This document shows, in pieces, positions 53,853-64,000 of a stretch of 64,000 nt of DNA (position 1 is its first letter; every line of letters starts with the position of its first letter). Under the pieces are notes generated by a model that was given only the letters and a program-made list of their open reading frames with translations, was not told the DNA's origin and did no database searches. Position numbers and translations under genes: made by a program. The stretch spans positions 248,001 through 312,000 of the forward strand of contig CAJINV010000008.1 in the NCBI GenBank assembly GCA_905178155.1, in the 5' to 3' direction. This DNA comes from Amoebophrya sp. A120. Taxonomy: Eukaryota > Protista > Dinoflagellata.

Positions 53853-56800
53853 CTAATCCGCAGCGTTCTTGTTTTGCCAGAAGGATTTGCAAATCTTGAC
53901 CAACTCGTCATAGCCGGACTTCAGGATTTTAAATGCTTCGTTCGCGGCGTTCCACGATTCTTCGTCGCTCCTGTCAACCTTGTCCGGGTGGACCTCACGG
54001 GCGCGCAACCGATAGGCCTTCTGCAGCACGGTGTCGTCCGGGATGAAAAGCGTGTTGCCGCCGTCGTCTAGCCAGGTATCCGCGTCGATTCCGAGGCTGC
54101 GCAGCTGCTGGTAGCAGCGCGCGAACTCCGGACCACTCCACTTGACCACGCTCACGTGCGTTTTGTTCATCTTGGCGTTGGATTCAGCAGGAGTTGTGTA
54201 GTTGTTGAACCCGAAAGAACTGCCGCGCCACCCGTAATTATTTCCCTTGCCCATTCCTTTCGCGTTTCTCTGGGCCCACCAGGCAGGAGTGCCGTCCGCG
54301 GGGGCTTTGTATGGGAAGCGCTTCGGGTATTTCGTCAATCTCGGGTCCTTGCTTACATTACCATTAGATGAAGAACCGGCACCACCCCCGAAGCCCGATC
54401 CTGCTTGACCGGGGTTGTAACTCCATCCAGAGTGCGCATTTTGATGGCCGAAGCCTTGACGTTCGTCGCTCGCGCTGCTAGAGTAGAAATTGTTGCCTGC
54501 GTTATTGTCGTGTTCATCAAAGAACCAGTTGTACCATGCGCCCGATTCGAAAAAATCGCCGCCAACACCGTGCCGGTTGTTACGGCCAGAAGACGTTGCA
54601 GGACCGACCCCGAGGTCAATGAACTCAAAGTGGTCCCTGAGATTTGGATTTTTTTGCAGAGCGGCTTCGGGGTAAAAGATGGAGCTCGGTTCCGCTTCGT
54701 AGCCGGCGTACCACTGTTCCAAAGAGACGACAAAGCATTTCCGTTGCGCGCGCGTAATGGCAACATGCATGAGGCGGCACTCTTCCCCGAAGTGCATGTC
54801 CAGCGTGTCACTGTCGGGAAACTCGGTTGGCTTCTTTTTCGGCGCTTTCCCTTCGACGTGCTTCACGGGCTTCGGCTTGTCGTCCGCACGATAAATCGTC
54901 GGGAGGAAACCCTCGTTGAGGTGCGGAATGAACACATACTTCCACTCCCGGCCCTTTGCTCGGTGAATTGTGCTGATCGTGACCTTATTCTCGTCCTTCT
55001 GCTTAGCACTGGGATCTTTTTTGTCGTCCATCTGGGCTGCGCCGAGATACTCGCGAATCGCTTCCTCGCCGCGTGCGTAATTTTCTTCTACCGGCTTGGT
55101 TCTTTCCTCGAGACCTGGCCCCTGACCGAAAAGCACAAGGCCCTGCTCCTGCAACAATCCGAAATCCTTTGCGTGCTGCACAATCTTTTTCACCCGCCTC
55201 TCAAATGCGTCTTTCTTGCGCTGCAGACGCTCTTCCTCAGCGTTCAGAGGCCGGCCGTCCGGGTGGGTCTTTGGAGTTTTTTCTGCCTTCTTTCGACGAC
55301 CTGTCGATGACCCAAAGTTCTGGCTTCGATTTTCACCAGCACCAGCAGCCCGCTGGCTGGGGCTGCCTCGTTGGTCCTTTCTGCTTGAACCGATATTGAA
55401 AGTCACTTTCTTTCGCGGAGTTGTTGCTGCGCGCCCGCCCGGAGGAGAAGAACAAGCTGCGCGTTGATTCTGGCTGGACGCTCCGGTCGTCCTATCAGCG
55501 CCAGCGCTGGGGCCTCCGCGCTCTGACATTGCAGGCGAGCTATCGAAATCCAGATCGTCCCGCGCAGCATCGGACATCTCCGACGCGTCTTCTTCCCCCG
55601 CGGAACTCTCACCCGACGAAGACGACACTTCGGCCCCTTCCGATTCATCTGCAGCGGCCTTCTTCGACTTCTTACCGCCTCCGCGTCCCGTAGTTTTTTG
55701 CACATGGCTGCTCGCCTCAAGGTAGTTGGTTTCTTCAATCACGAGCTCCATCAACTCGTGCGCCGCGGCCCCGCGCAGGTTCTTTTGCGCCATCTGTTGC
55801 CTTCCCTTCTTGACGAGCTCCATAAAGGCCGTAAGGCCCCTGCGATAGGACGGCTTCAACGCTTCTTCCGGGTTCGTCAAGAGCCGGTCTGCCGCTTCAA
55901 ACATGGATCCACCACGGCCTTCTCTTTCCGCCTTTAGTAGAGAGGTGAAAACGTTACCCAGGCCCCGCGGTGGCTCGTTCATCACTCGCTGGAACGCAGC
56001 ATCGCTGTCGGGGTCGACAAAGAGCTGGAGGTAGGCAAAGAGGTCCTGCGCTGCTGCGTGCTCCAGAAAGCTAATTCCGCCGAGAATCTTGTACGGAATG
56101 CCGATGTCCTTCTGTGAAAAAACATCTTCAAACTTGTCGTAGCTCCTGGCCTGAATTCTGCCAAACTTGAAGTTCCGCAGCAGAATGGCAAAATCCGCGT
56201 ATCGCACAGGTCCTGGACGACCGTTGTCCGCCCCCGACGAGGAGGAACTCTTCGAGTTTGCTTCCTCCATCGTTTTCTTGATCAACTCGGCGACGTGCTT
56301 TGCTTCCGCATCGATGTCGGCGACCCGGTAAAAACTGACGGGCTCCTTGACACTACCTTCCACCGACTTCTCGAGCCCGAAAGGATTTCCGCACGAGCGC
56401 AACACACGCACGTCCGCCCGGTCTAAGACCGCCGCCGCCACCTCCAGGATGCTCTGCGTGGAGCGGTAGTTGTCTTCGAGCTGAACTTCTTTCGTGCTGG
56501 CAAAAGTATCCTTGAACCGATTGAAGGTGTTTGGGTGCGAGCCCGCGAAGGACATGATCAATTGGTCGCTGTCGCCGACGGCCGTGATCTTCCCTGCGTT
56601 ACCCTTCGCCTGGGAGAGCAGTTCCAGAATCTCGAGCTGCACAATGCTGGTGTCTTGGTACTCGTCAACAATTTTGTAGCAGAACCGGCGCCCCACCGCT
56701 TCCCGAATGTCCGCGAAGTTTGCCAGCAAGTAGTGTCCGTTCAGCAGAATGTCCGTGAAGTCCATGGCGCACAGCTCCCGCATTCGCTCAAGATAGAACT

Positions 56801-58829
56801 GGAAGGCAAACCTCTCCCTCGTGCCATTCGCGAAGTCTTTCGGGGAATACCCTTTCGTCTTCTGCGTGCTGATCCAGTGTCGCTGGGACGTGACCTGTTG
56901 GAAATTGAAGTTCTTGCCGAATTTCACTTCCGCAGTTGGTTTCCTTTGCTTTTTTTCCTCGTGTCTAGCTAGTTGAGGATTCCGCAACTTTCGCATGTCG
57001 TAGAGCAAGCAGCCACGAAAGCGTCTCCGCCACTCGGAGGTCGCGTTCAGGGCGTAAGCGGTCCTACCGTTGATGAAGTCCACGGGCGCTGGCGGTTGCT
57101 TTTTGCCTCTCGTCGACGTGCCCGGCGTTGTTGTACCTCTTTGGGAAGCTCCAGCTGCAGCTGCCCCGGTGTTCATTTTCCGTCGCTTTCCCGTTGCCTG
57201 GGAGGACTGACGCTCACCTGCGGTAGTGCCGGTCCTACTGTCCTCGGCGTTTCCATCTCCTCCCGCTCGCGGCGTATCCGCGTTGCCCATCAGATCAGAG
57301 ATCACGGAAAGAACACTCGTCTCGCGCTTCAGGGTTTTCTTTGCTCCTCGCGTCGTGTTGTTGCCGCTGGCGTCTCCGTTACCGGTGGTGCTGCCCGCAC
57401 CCGCTGCTGATGCGGCCTGTTTCTGATTGGACGATGCCGTCGATGCAGCGGGAGCCGCTTTAGCAGGAGTTGGCTCGTTTACGTTTGCTTTACCTTGTCC
57501 TCGCTTCTGCTCAGCTCGCCCGGCGAACATGGTCATGACGTCGCAGCCGCGAAGCTCGTGCCTTGATTGCACAAACTCGTTGAATCTCTCCGCGTCCTTT
57601 TTCTGCACCAGCACCGGATTCTTTTCTTTGCGCACCAGCTCACCGGCCCGGTCAATGCAACTCTGATACATGTCGGGATACGTTGCCTTTGCCATGTCAA
57701 GCAGTTCTGACCAAGTTTTGTACTTCTCGGATTTGGCTTCCACCGGAAAGAGGTACCGACTCAACTCGGTCCGCCCAACCTCAAAGCCATGCTCGAGCAT
57801 ACCCTCCTCGACGATTGCTTCTAGCGCCTTTTCGTTTGCCATTATGCTTGGGCGCTTGGAGTACAGTCTCCTGTTTGTTGACGAAGATGTTGTTGTTGAT
57901 GGCGCAGGAGCGGAGGACGGGGTAGGAGCAGCCGCGCCGCTATTAACACCAGCAGCGAAAGGCTGCTCTAAATCAGGAATCGCCGCGTCGCCAACAGTCT
58001 CGGGCTGTGATGCGACGGGGCCATGTTCCTGGTCATCTGTCTGGTCGTCCTCTTTGTAGCTTTTGAAAGCCCCGAGGCTTCTGGCTGGAATACGATCCCA
58101 GAAGGCGGCCACCACCAGATTGGCAAGCTTGTGCAAGGTGCAGAACATGAGCTGCCCCTTGATGCTAGGAATCAGCTTGGTGGTCCGCTCCCGCATTTCA
58201 TCCGCCGCCGTGTTCGTGTAAGAAACGCATAAGATGCGGCTGGGAGGAATCAGCCTCTCTTCGATCAGGTATCGTAAACGCCTCGTGACCAACGTCGTTT
58301 TTCCCGTTCCTGCTCCCGCTTTCACCAGCAATGGTTTTCCCGGGTCCGCCAACGCAGCCTCGAGCTGTTTCGCGTTCAAGTCACTGTTTTTTTGCGAGCC
58401 GCCGTCGCTTGGCGAGGACGCGGATGGCCCAGGAGGATGGGAAGAATCAGAACTTCGCGGCACACTGACTATCGGCAGCAACCCGCCAGAGGAGGCCACA
58501 CCAGACCCATGATCTGCAGGCCGAGAAAGCTGGTCGTCGTCTCCTGATGAAATCCCTAGCTTCATCCTGTCCCGTTTGGCCATGAGCCGCGCAATCAAAC
58601 TTTCCGTGTCGGACGGCTGCGAGCTGAGGTTAAAAGTTTCTCGCATTGGCACTTCTCGCAAGAATTGCTTATCTTCGACGACGTTGACCTTGTACTGCAA
58701 CCTGAGCGTATTCTTAACGCTGCTGTCGAATCGCTTTTCCGCAGCCGTGAAGTCTTGCGTTGCTCCTGAACCAGACACATCCGAGCGATTGGCCATCTTC
58801 GGATACGCTGAGGGCATCGCTGTCGCCAT
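53853..58829 (-). CDS. UvrD/PcrA/Srs2-like SF1A DNA helicase with a C-terminal J-domain
   Basis: SF1A motifs LNAKQ, AGAGTGKT, SYTNTAADEMRER, TLHKLA, VDEYQD, VGDSDQLI, LEDNYRS, AILLR, STIHRAKGREW, EECRLMHVAITRA. C-terminal LQKAYRLRAREVHPDK..EAFKILKSGYDEL. Confidence 0.92.
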   Translation of the reverse strand: MATAMPSAYPKMANRSDVSGSGATQDFTAAEKRFDSSVKNTLRLQYKVNVVEDKQFLREVPMRETFNLSSQPSDTESLIARLMAKRDRMKLGISSGDDDQLSRPADHGSGVASSGGLLPIVSVPRSSDSSHPPGPSASSPSDGGSQKNSDLNAKQLEAALADPGKPLLVKAGAGTGKTTLVTRRLRYLIEERLIPPSRILCVSYTNTAADEMRERTTKLIPSIKGQLMFCTLHKLANLVVAAFWDRIPARSLGAFKSYKEDDQTDDQEHGPVASQPETVGDAAIPDLEQPFAAGVNSGAAAPTPSSAPAPSTTTSSSTNRRLYSKRPSIMANEKALEAIVEEGMLEHGFEVGRTELSRYLFPVEAKSEKYKTWSELLDMAKATYPDMYQSCIDRAGELVRKEKNPVLVQKKDAERFNEFVQSRHELRGCDVMTMFAGRAEQKRGQGKANVNEPTPAKAAPAASTASSNQKQAASAAGAGSTTGNGDASGNNTTRGAKKTLKRETSVLSVISDLMGNADTPRAGGDGNAEDSRTGTTAGERQSSQATGKRRKMNTGAAAAGASQRGTTTPGTSTRGKKQPPAPVDFINGRTAYALNATSEWRRRFRGCLLYDMRKLRNPQLARHEEKKQRKPTAEVKFGKNFNFQQVTSQRHWISTQKTKGYSPKDFANGTRERFAFQFYLERMRELCAMDFTDILLNGHYLLANFADIREAVGRRFCYKIVDEYQDTSIVQLEILELLSQAKGNAGKITAVGDSDQLIMSFAGSHPNTFNRFKDTFASTKEVQLEDNYRSTQSILEVAAAVLDRADVRVLRSCGNPFGLEKSVEGSVKEPVSFYRVADIDAEAKHVAELIKKTMEEANSKSSSSSGADNGRPGPVRYADFAILLRNFKFGRIQARSYDKFEDVFSQKDIGIPYKILGGISFLEHAAAQDLFAYLQLFVDPDSDAAFQRVMNEPPRGLGNVFTSLLKAEREGRGGSMFEAADRLLTNPEEALKPSYRRGLTAFMELVKKGRQQMAQKNLRGAAAHELMELVIEETNYLEASSHVQKTTGRGGGKKSKKAAADESEGAEVSSSSGESSAGEEDASEMSDAARDDLDFDSSPAMSERGGPSAGADRTTGASSQNQRAACSSPPGGRAATTPRKKVTFNIGSSRKDQRGSPSQRAAGAGENRSQNFGSSTGRRKKAEKTPKTHPDGRPLNAEEERLQRKKDAFERRVKKIVQHAKDFGLLQEQGLVLFGQGPGLEERTKPVEENYARGEEAIREYLGAAQMDDKKDPSAKQKDENKVTISTIHRAKGREWKYVFIPHLNEGFLPTIYRADDKPKPVKHVEGKAPKKKPTEFPDSDTLDMHFGEECRLMHVAITRAQRKCFVVSLEQWYAGYEAEPSSIFYPEAALQKNPNLRDHFEFIDLGVGPATSSGRNNRHGVGGDFFESGAWYNWFFDEHDNNAGNNFYSSSASDERQGFGHQNAHSGWSYNPGQAGSGFGGGAGSSSNGNVSKDPRLTKYPKRFPYKAPADGTPAWWAQRNAKGMGKGNNYGWRGSSFGFNNYTTPAESNAKMNKTHVSVVKWSGPEFARCYQQLRSLGIDADTWLDDGGNTLFIPDDTVLQKAYRLRAREVHPDKVDRSDEESWNAANEAFKILKSGYDELVKICKSFWQNKNAAD

Positions 58830-60094
58830 GTTTCCACTCTTGGGCGATGTGGAGTTCAACAATCACGGAATATCATCATCATCATCATCTATCCTCCACC
58901 TGAACAGGTCACTATTAAAAGTCTACGTGGTAGATATGAGCGTCATCTTCTTCCTCCTCTGCTCACGACCTACCATCAAAAAGATAATGCTGTATGAGTA
59001 GGACAATGAATGACTTAGCATTTCTAGCTAGATAACACATACACCTGAGATATCTCGGGCTACTGACTGTTTTCTTTCGATGGTTCAATCGCGATTCCCT
59101 TGGTAGAAAAACAAACCACAATAGGAATAGCACACCATCCTTTATTGATTTTCATTTTGTACGTAATAATTCGAGACGATCGAGAACAAAGCACTCAAAT
59201 AATGTAATCGAGAAGATGAAGAGGATCGATTTCCGTTTCTGCGCCGCCATAAAATTTCCATCTGGCACTCACGAGAACGAGGACGGTAAACCGACACGTC
59301 GAAAGTCCAACGAGCTTGCACGTCAAGTACCGACACAATGGACTGCAACCAAGAGAGGAAACAGCAACAAAAGAGTCGTGGTGAAGTGAAGAAATCGTAC
59401 ATGAAGCACTGGGCCTCATTCAAGTTTTTTCGCGACAAGACATATGAAATCCATGACGAGACGTCGCTGTGTTTCTATTGCCTCGGAACCACGCAACTGG
59501 ACGCAACCACCCTTGGAGATCCCCCTCTTGCAGGCAAGCCCAGCAGTTCTAGCTAGTGCTCGCTGGTTCTTGGCTCTTCTTTTCTTGCGGCAGTTTCTTT
59601 ACTTTCCAGATTCTTACAGATTTTGGTCACAGCATTCTTCAACATCAACAGCATTGAAAAAAAGCACCAGGGGCGGGTCTTACTTCGCCGAGTTTTGCGA
59701 AAGAAAGCACCAACAAACAAGACTCTGAAGCTCAAACAAGCACCGTCCCCGAGTTGGCTCGCGTTTTGCAATTATACCGGTCGAAACTATTCAATGTAAA
59801 ATTGAATTCATCGTGAGGTTTAGGTTTTTCAATTCTTACTCTTTTTCTAGTCCTACTAAAAGCTGGCGCAGCATCATATAGTAGCTTCATTCTTTTTTGG
59901 AATTCATCCGAGGACGATGTTGTAATTGTGTAGTCATTATATTTCAGATTTGTTTTTCTTTTTTTGTGGTCGTTGGTCGAAAACCACGGCGATAAAACCG
60001 GAGGCCTCTATGTACTAGTTCCATGCGCGCCGCTTCCTGTCTCAAGTCTATGAGATAACGAGGAGTCTTCGATGTGACGAGGAACTGCTCTCTA

Positions 60095-60925
60095 CTACTC
60101 CTTCATCTCGTTGTTTCGCTTGGCCAGAACTTTGGCTAGTGTTGCCATCGCAGCAGACGTGTTGTCCACCTCCTCTGCACCAGCTGACGGTGCAGCTTCC
60201 TCTTCCTCCTCCTCCGCGACAGACCCCAGGGTGCGCTTCATCGTTGCCAGACTGTGGTTGGGTCCGGCTTGGTCGCACGTGACGGCGTAGTACTTTCCGT
60301 AGTGCTCCCGCGCGACTTGCATGAAGTAGCCCCACTTCTTGAACTTCCCGTAGGCGGCATCCCGTTCGATGCCGTGGTAGCTTTGGTTGGACAGCGCGCA
60401 GGTCAACAGCGTCATGGAGGTCCACGCCGCACTTTTGGACTTGTCTTTCATTTCCGTGTCCACACGATCCGCCTGTTGCTCCTCGGTTTTCTCCACGAGC
60501 AGGGTAACCGGACCACGCCCGTCCTTCGCGATACTCTCGTTCGTTTCGGCTTCCAAGGCGGCGACTTTCTCGCAGAGGTCAGCGAACTTCGGGCTGGCGC
60601 CGTCCGCGCGAATCAGCACACGCCTCGGGGCCGATGCACCTTGGGTCAGGATCCACTCGACAAACAGCGTGACGGCAATGACCGGCCCGAGCGGCTCGGG
60701 CTTACAAAAGAGCTGCGCACCCAGTTCCTTCAGGGCCGTTTCGTAAGATTCCAAATCGGTCGCGTCAACCAGAAAGGGCTCATCTTCGCTCGATGTTGCC
60801 TTGCCGCTGCCGGTCGAAGGCTTGTTGCTGGTGTGCGCGACGCCACCATGAGGCAGCGCGGCACCAGCAGAGGCTGGTAATGGAGGAGGGGGTGGCGGCG
60901 GGGGCATATTTTCCGCGGCAACCAT
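60095..60925 (-). CDS. Hypothetical protein with a poly-Pro N-terminus
   Basis: Intact ORF with GC3-rich coding bias; no family recognised. Confidence 0.65.
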   Translation of the reverse strand: MVAAENMPPPPPPPPLPASAGAALPHGGVAHTSNKPSTGSGKATSSEDEPFLVDATDLESYETALKELGAQLFCKPEPLGPVIAVTLFVEWILTQGASAPRRVLIRADGASPKFADLCEKVAALEAETNESIAKDGRGPVTLLVEKTEEQQADRVDTEMKDKSKSAAWTSMTLLTCALSNQSYHGIERDAAYGKFKKWGYFMQVAREHYGKYYAVTCDQAGPNHSLATMKRTLGSVAEEEEEEAAPSAGAEEVDNTSAAMATLAKVLAKRNNEMKE

Positions 60926-61666
60926 GACGAACCCGAAGTAGTCGAAAATCAAATAAATAGAAGCTCGCACAAGAAGTAGTGAAGTAACAGATGAGTGGTC
61001 CGTCGGTTCCCAAACAATAAACGGTGTTCAGCGTTCGCTCGTGTTCAAGCTTCTGCACTGGTGAGATTTTTATTCGTGATGCAGCACATAGTCATAGTAG
61101 AAGAATGGAAATGGCGGTAGGGAGCTAGTACCGCTAGGTACTTGAGAAGGGCGAATCTCGGCGATTGATAACTCTCGGTGCTCATACCTCTTATTTGAAG
61201 AGTACATGAATCGCGATCATCTCTGGAGCGATCGCTCCTCGCAACGCTAAGATGGCGCTCTCGCTCCGCTCACGCTCAAAGTAGACGGCAATTATCGTCT
61301 CTGGTCGGTAAGTAAAGTTCGCTCTTCTGTCATCGTCATCTCACAACACTACTCTGTCAAAACTTTGCAACTTGAAGAATCAGATTCAGAACGGAAGCCG
61401 GCTGCTTAGGCAGCGTCGAACAAACACGGGATTGGGTGCGGCGATGCGACGGCAGAATGCTCGTCGTGTCCATAGTAGATACGGATGGGTTTTTCCTCAA
61501 GCTCAAAGTAGCTCCGCTTCGAACCGATAAATTTTCTGTGGCATGCAGAGAAATGGGATCTTGAACTGCTTCACGGGAAAGTAGGTCGAACTCGAAGTCG
61601 AATTGTTGAAAACTCCAAAATGAAGTTACTGCCGTTGCAGCTGCACCTTTGTGTTCAAAACCTGCA

Positions 61667-63395
61667 TTATTCATCCGCTTGGTCAGTACCGGCGCAAAAT
61701 TGCAGTGCGTGCGGGATATACAGCTTTTCCGAGCCGATCCGTGCTTCCGAAACCTGAAGGACGATTTCACGCCTACGCTCGTCAGCACGCTCTTGCAACA
61801 GGTGTCCGCGATTTCCATCCTGGTCTACTTCTCTGTCGTTTTTTTCTCCAGCAGGTCCCCGGATATTATCGGGTCGTTGCAGATGCAGCTCCTGACCTAC
61901 TACACCGGCAGGGGTGGTACGGCAAGCGCTCCTCGCGGTAATCGGAGCACCATTTAGTTCGACGTGCAGTCGGAAAAGCGCCTCGTACTGTGGGTGGTCT
62001 CTCGGTACAAGCATCCACCCAGATTCGAACGAGAACTGGCACAACAACAGGGATCCCAGTTCTTCGTACTCATGGATGGCGGCTACCGTCTGCGGCGGTC
62101 CGAACACATTTGCGTTGAGCTCGTCAAACGTTAACCGCCAGTCGCGGCTGCGATCCAGTATGAACTGCAAAAGTATCGTATTCCTATTCGTATAAATGCA
62201 TATACAAATTTCCTCAGCATGAGAAATAAAATTTGTAATGCGAATTTGCCTTAATTTAATGCATGATTGCAATACGAGTACGATGATTTTGCACGGGATA
62301 TCCAGTTTCGCTTGCCGAAAAATCTCGAGCAAAACCAGCTCCTGATGTGCCGGGTCGTGCTGGTCGCCTGGGCCTGTAGTGGCCGCAGCAGCGGAGGCTG
62401 ATGATGTGCCTGGCGGTGCCCCATGCTTTTCGCTGCTCGGAAAGGCCGACGCACTACCGTGCATACGAGGACCTCGATCCGGTCTAATTTGTTCCGCGCC
62501 GCCGTCCACTTCGAGAAATAACTCGTCGGCTGCAGGGCGTTTCAAACTTGCTCCACGCGGCGGCAAAAATACCTTTCCGTCCAGCTTGTCCCGCTCCCGC
62601 GCTTGCCGTCGTCGGGCGTGGTCGGCCTGAAAACGTAACAAGCCCTGGTACACGCCGTGTCTGGCCCAGATGTCCTGTAGTAAGTGATATGGTTCATTGG
62701 ATAAAGTTAATTTTGCGCCCCTGACCGGGTATCATCGCTGCCGTCGGAGCTCCTACAGGGCCGGTCGGTGATGCGATCATAGGTGGATTGATTTTCCCAA
62801 CGGGTTGCGGTATGAGCGAGCTCGGTGGTGCGTGCGCAGGTGGCTTGGGTGCGTGCTGCTGCCGTCGTGCGAAGGACCGAGGCAATTGACTTGCATTTAC
62901 ACTCGAATCGACCGGTCGGTTTTCCGGGTTGGCTGCCTGCAAAAGTGTCGCCGGGGCTGAGTACTGATGTTGACCTGCTCCGCCAGCGACGCTACTGGAC
63001 GATGTTCTTGTGGCCGCCGTCCCACTACGGGAGGACGAACCGCCAACAAGTTCCGAGGCTTGGTCTCTGGTCATGTAGTTGCTTAAGGGAACGACCCCGC
63101 CCGCTGGAGTTGTTGTAGTCGTGCCCATCCCGGTCGCCCCGGCGCGTTGACGGACTTGCTGCGCCGCTGCACCTCGCGAAGTTCCACCGGAGGTTGATGA
63201 GAAACTGTGCAGCGGAACAAACCCTGCCTGCAAATTCCTGGGCTGGTAAAGGGTTGGCTTCCCAAACGGCGGTGGCGGAGCTCCTGCACCGCCCGACATC
63301 TCGTTGCTGTTCAAGACAGACCCAAACTCGAGGTCTTTCAAGCTGTCGTAGTCTCGTCGCCGGCATATGAACGTGTAGAAGAGCTGACAAGCCAC
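61667..63395 (-). CDS. Hypothetical multi-exon protein; inverted-repeat intron 62165-62293 and a short intron ending near 62676
   Basis: Two adjacent minus-strand ORFs; acceptor CTACAG|GACATC. An AT-rich in-frame insert is bounded by inverted repeats. Termini unresolved. Confidence 0.55.
62165..62293 (-). mobile_element. Introner-type non-canonical intron (129 nt; 23-nt imperfect terminal inverted repeat)
   Basis: 5' TGCAAAATCATCGTACTCGTATT vs 3' reverse complement TGCAAAAGTATCGTATTCCTATT (19/23). AT-rich island in GC-rich coding DNA; excision gives LDIP|FILDRSRDW. Confidence 0.7.
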
Positions 63396-64000
63396 CCGGA
63401 TTATACCGTACAGATTGGCGCAACCTGTTGATTGTACATACGCGCTGCAGAGTAATTTTTTGCTATTTCAAGTGAATGGGCACATCTTTTTCATCTCAAT
63501 CCGGCAACGTAGGGAAGCTTCAAGTAGGGCCAGAGGCGCCTCGTCGGGTTTGGGATGTTACAGTTACTACAGCGACCTCGGTAATCAACACAGAACTTGA
63601 AGAAAGCTAAGGCGCCAGCGTTCTTGTACATGAAAAAAGGAAATACATTCTCGCGTTCGTTTCAATGCCGCGGGGGAGCGGCGATGACTTCGGTTCGTGT
63701 AGTAGCTCCCAGCAGGCATTGCGATGAGGTCGTCTCGTTAGCTCGCGATCTCTTAACCCCTTGTTGCTCACTTGATCTCAAGCAGCATGCCGTAGCAGAG
63801 AGGAAGTTTCGCTGCGTTGCGGGTTCTAAGTGACTCCGAACTTGAATTTACGTAGCGAAATCTACAATCGGAAGTGTTCAGAAAAGTCAAAAATTCATTT
63901 AAAATATTCGCGTCGTAAAACTAAATGATGAAAGAGCTTCAAACGAAAGAATCGCGTTGAGGGAGGTCATGCAATGGGTGCATCATGAATACTTATGCGC

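Noticed and set aside
18558-60880. Numerous plus-strand ORFs overlapping the large genes
   Set aside because: Antisense shadow ORFs of GC3-rich coding sequence.
1-64000. tRNA, rRNA or snRNA genes
   Set aside because: No recognisable conserved motifs were seen by eye; a covariance-model scan would be needed to exclude them.

Overview
Eukaryotic, intron-containing genomic DNA. All confidently assignable genes lie on the minus strand across the 64 kb. Unidirectional genes, about 200-280 nt GT-AG introns and non-canonical introns bounded by inverted repeats point to an Amoebophrya-like (Syndiniales) dinoflagellate parasite; this is inference. Recognisable genes: threonine synthase (4 exons), a DnaJ protein, a short formyltransferase, an RmlD-like reductase, Ku80, a nibrin/NBS1-like BRCT protein with an internal J-domain, and a UvrD/Srs2-like helicase with a C-terminal J-domain. 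There are also F-box-like and hypothetical proteins. Highlights: (1) a 2.3-kb non-coding element (3617-5922) with terminal inverted repeats and a target-site duplication, built largely of hairpins around an array of about 27 GTGACACGCA motifs; (2) four unrelated inverted-repeat 'introner' introns whose removal restores or preserves reading frames; (3) two different DNA-repair proteins each fused to an HPD J-domain, in the same window as Ku80. Splice junctions were reconstructed by eye; no database search was run.
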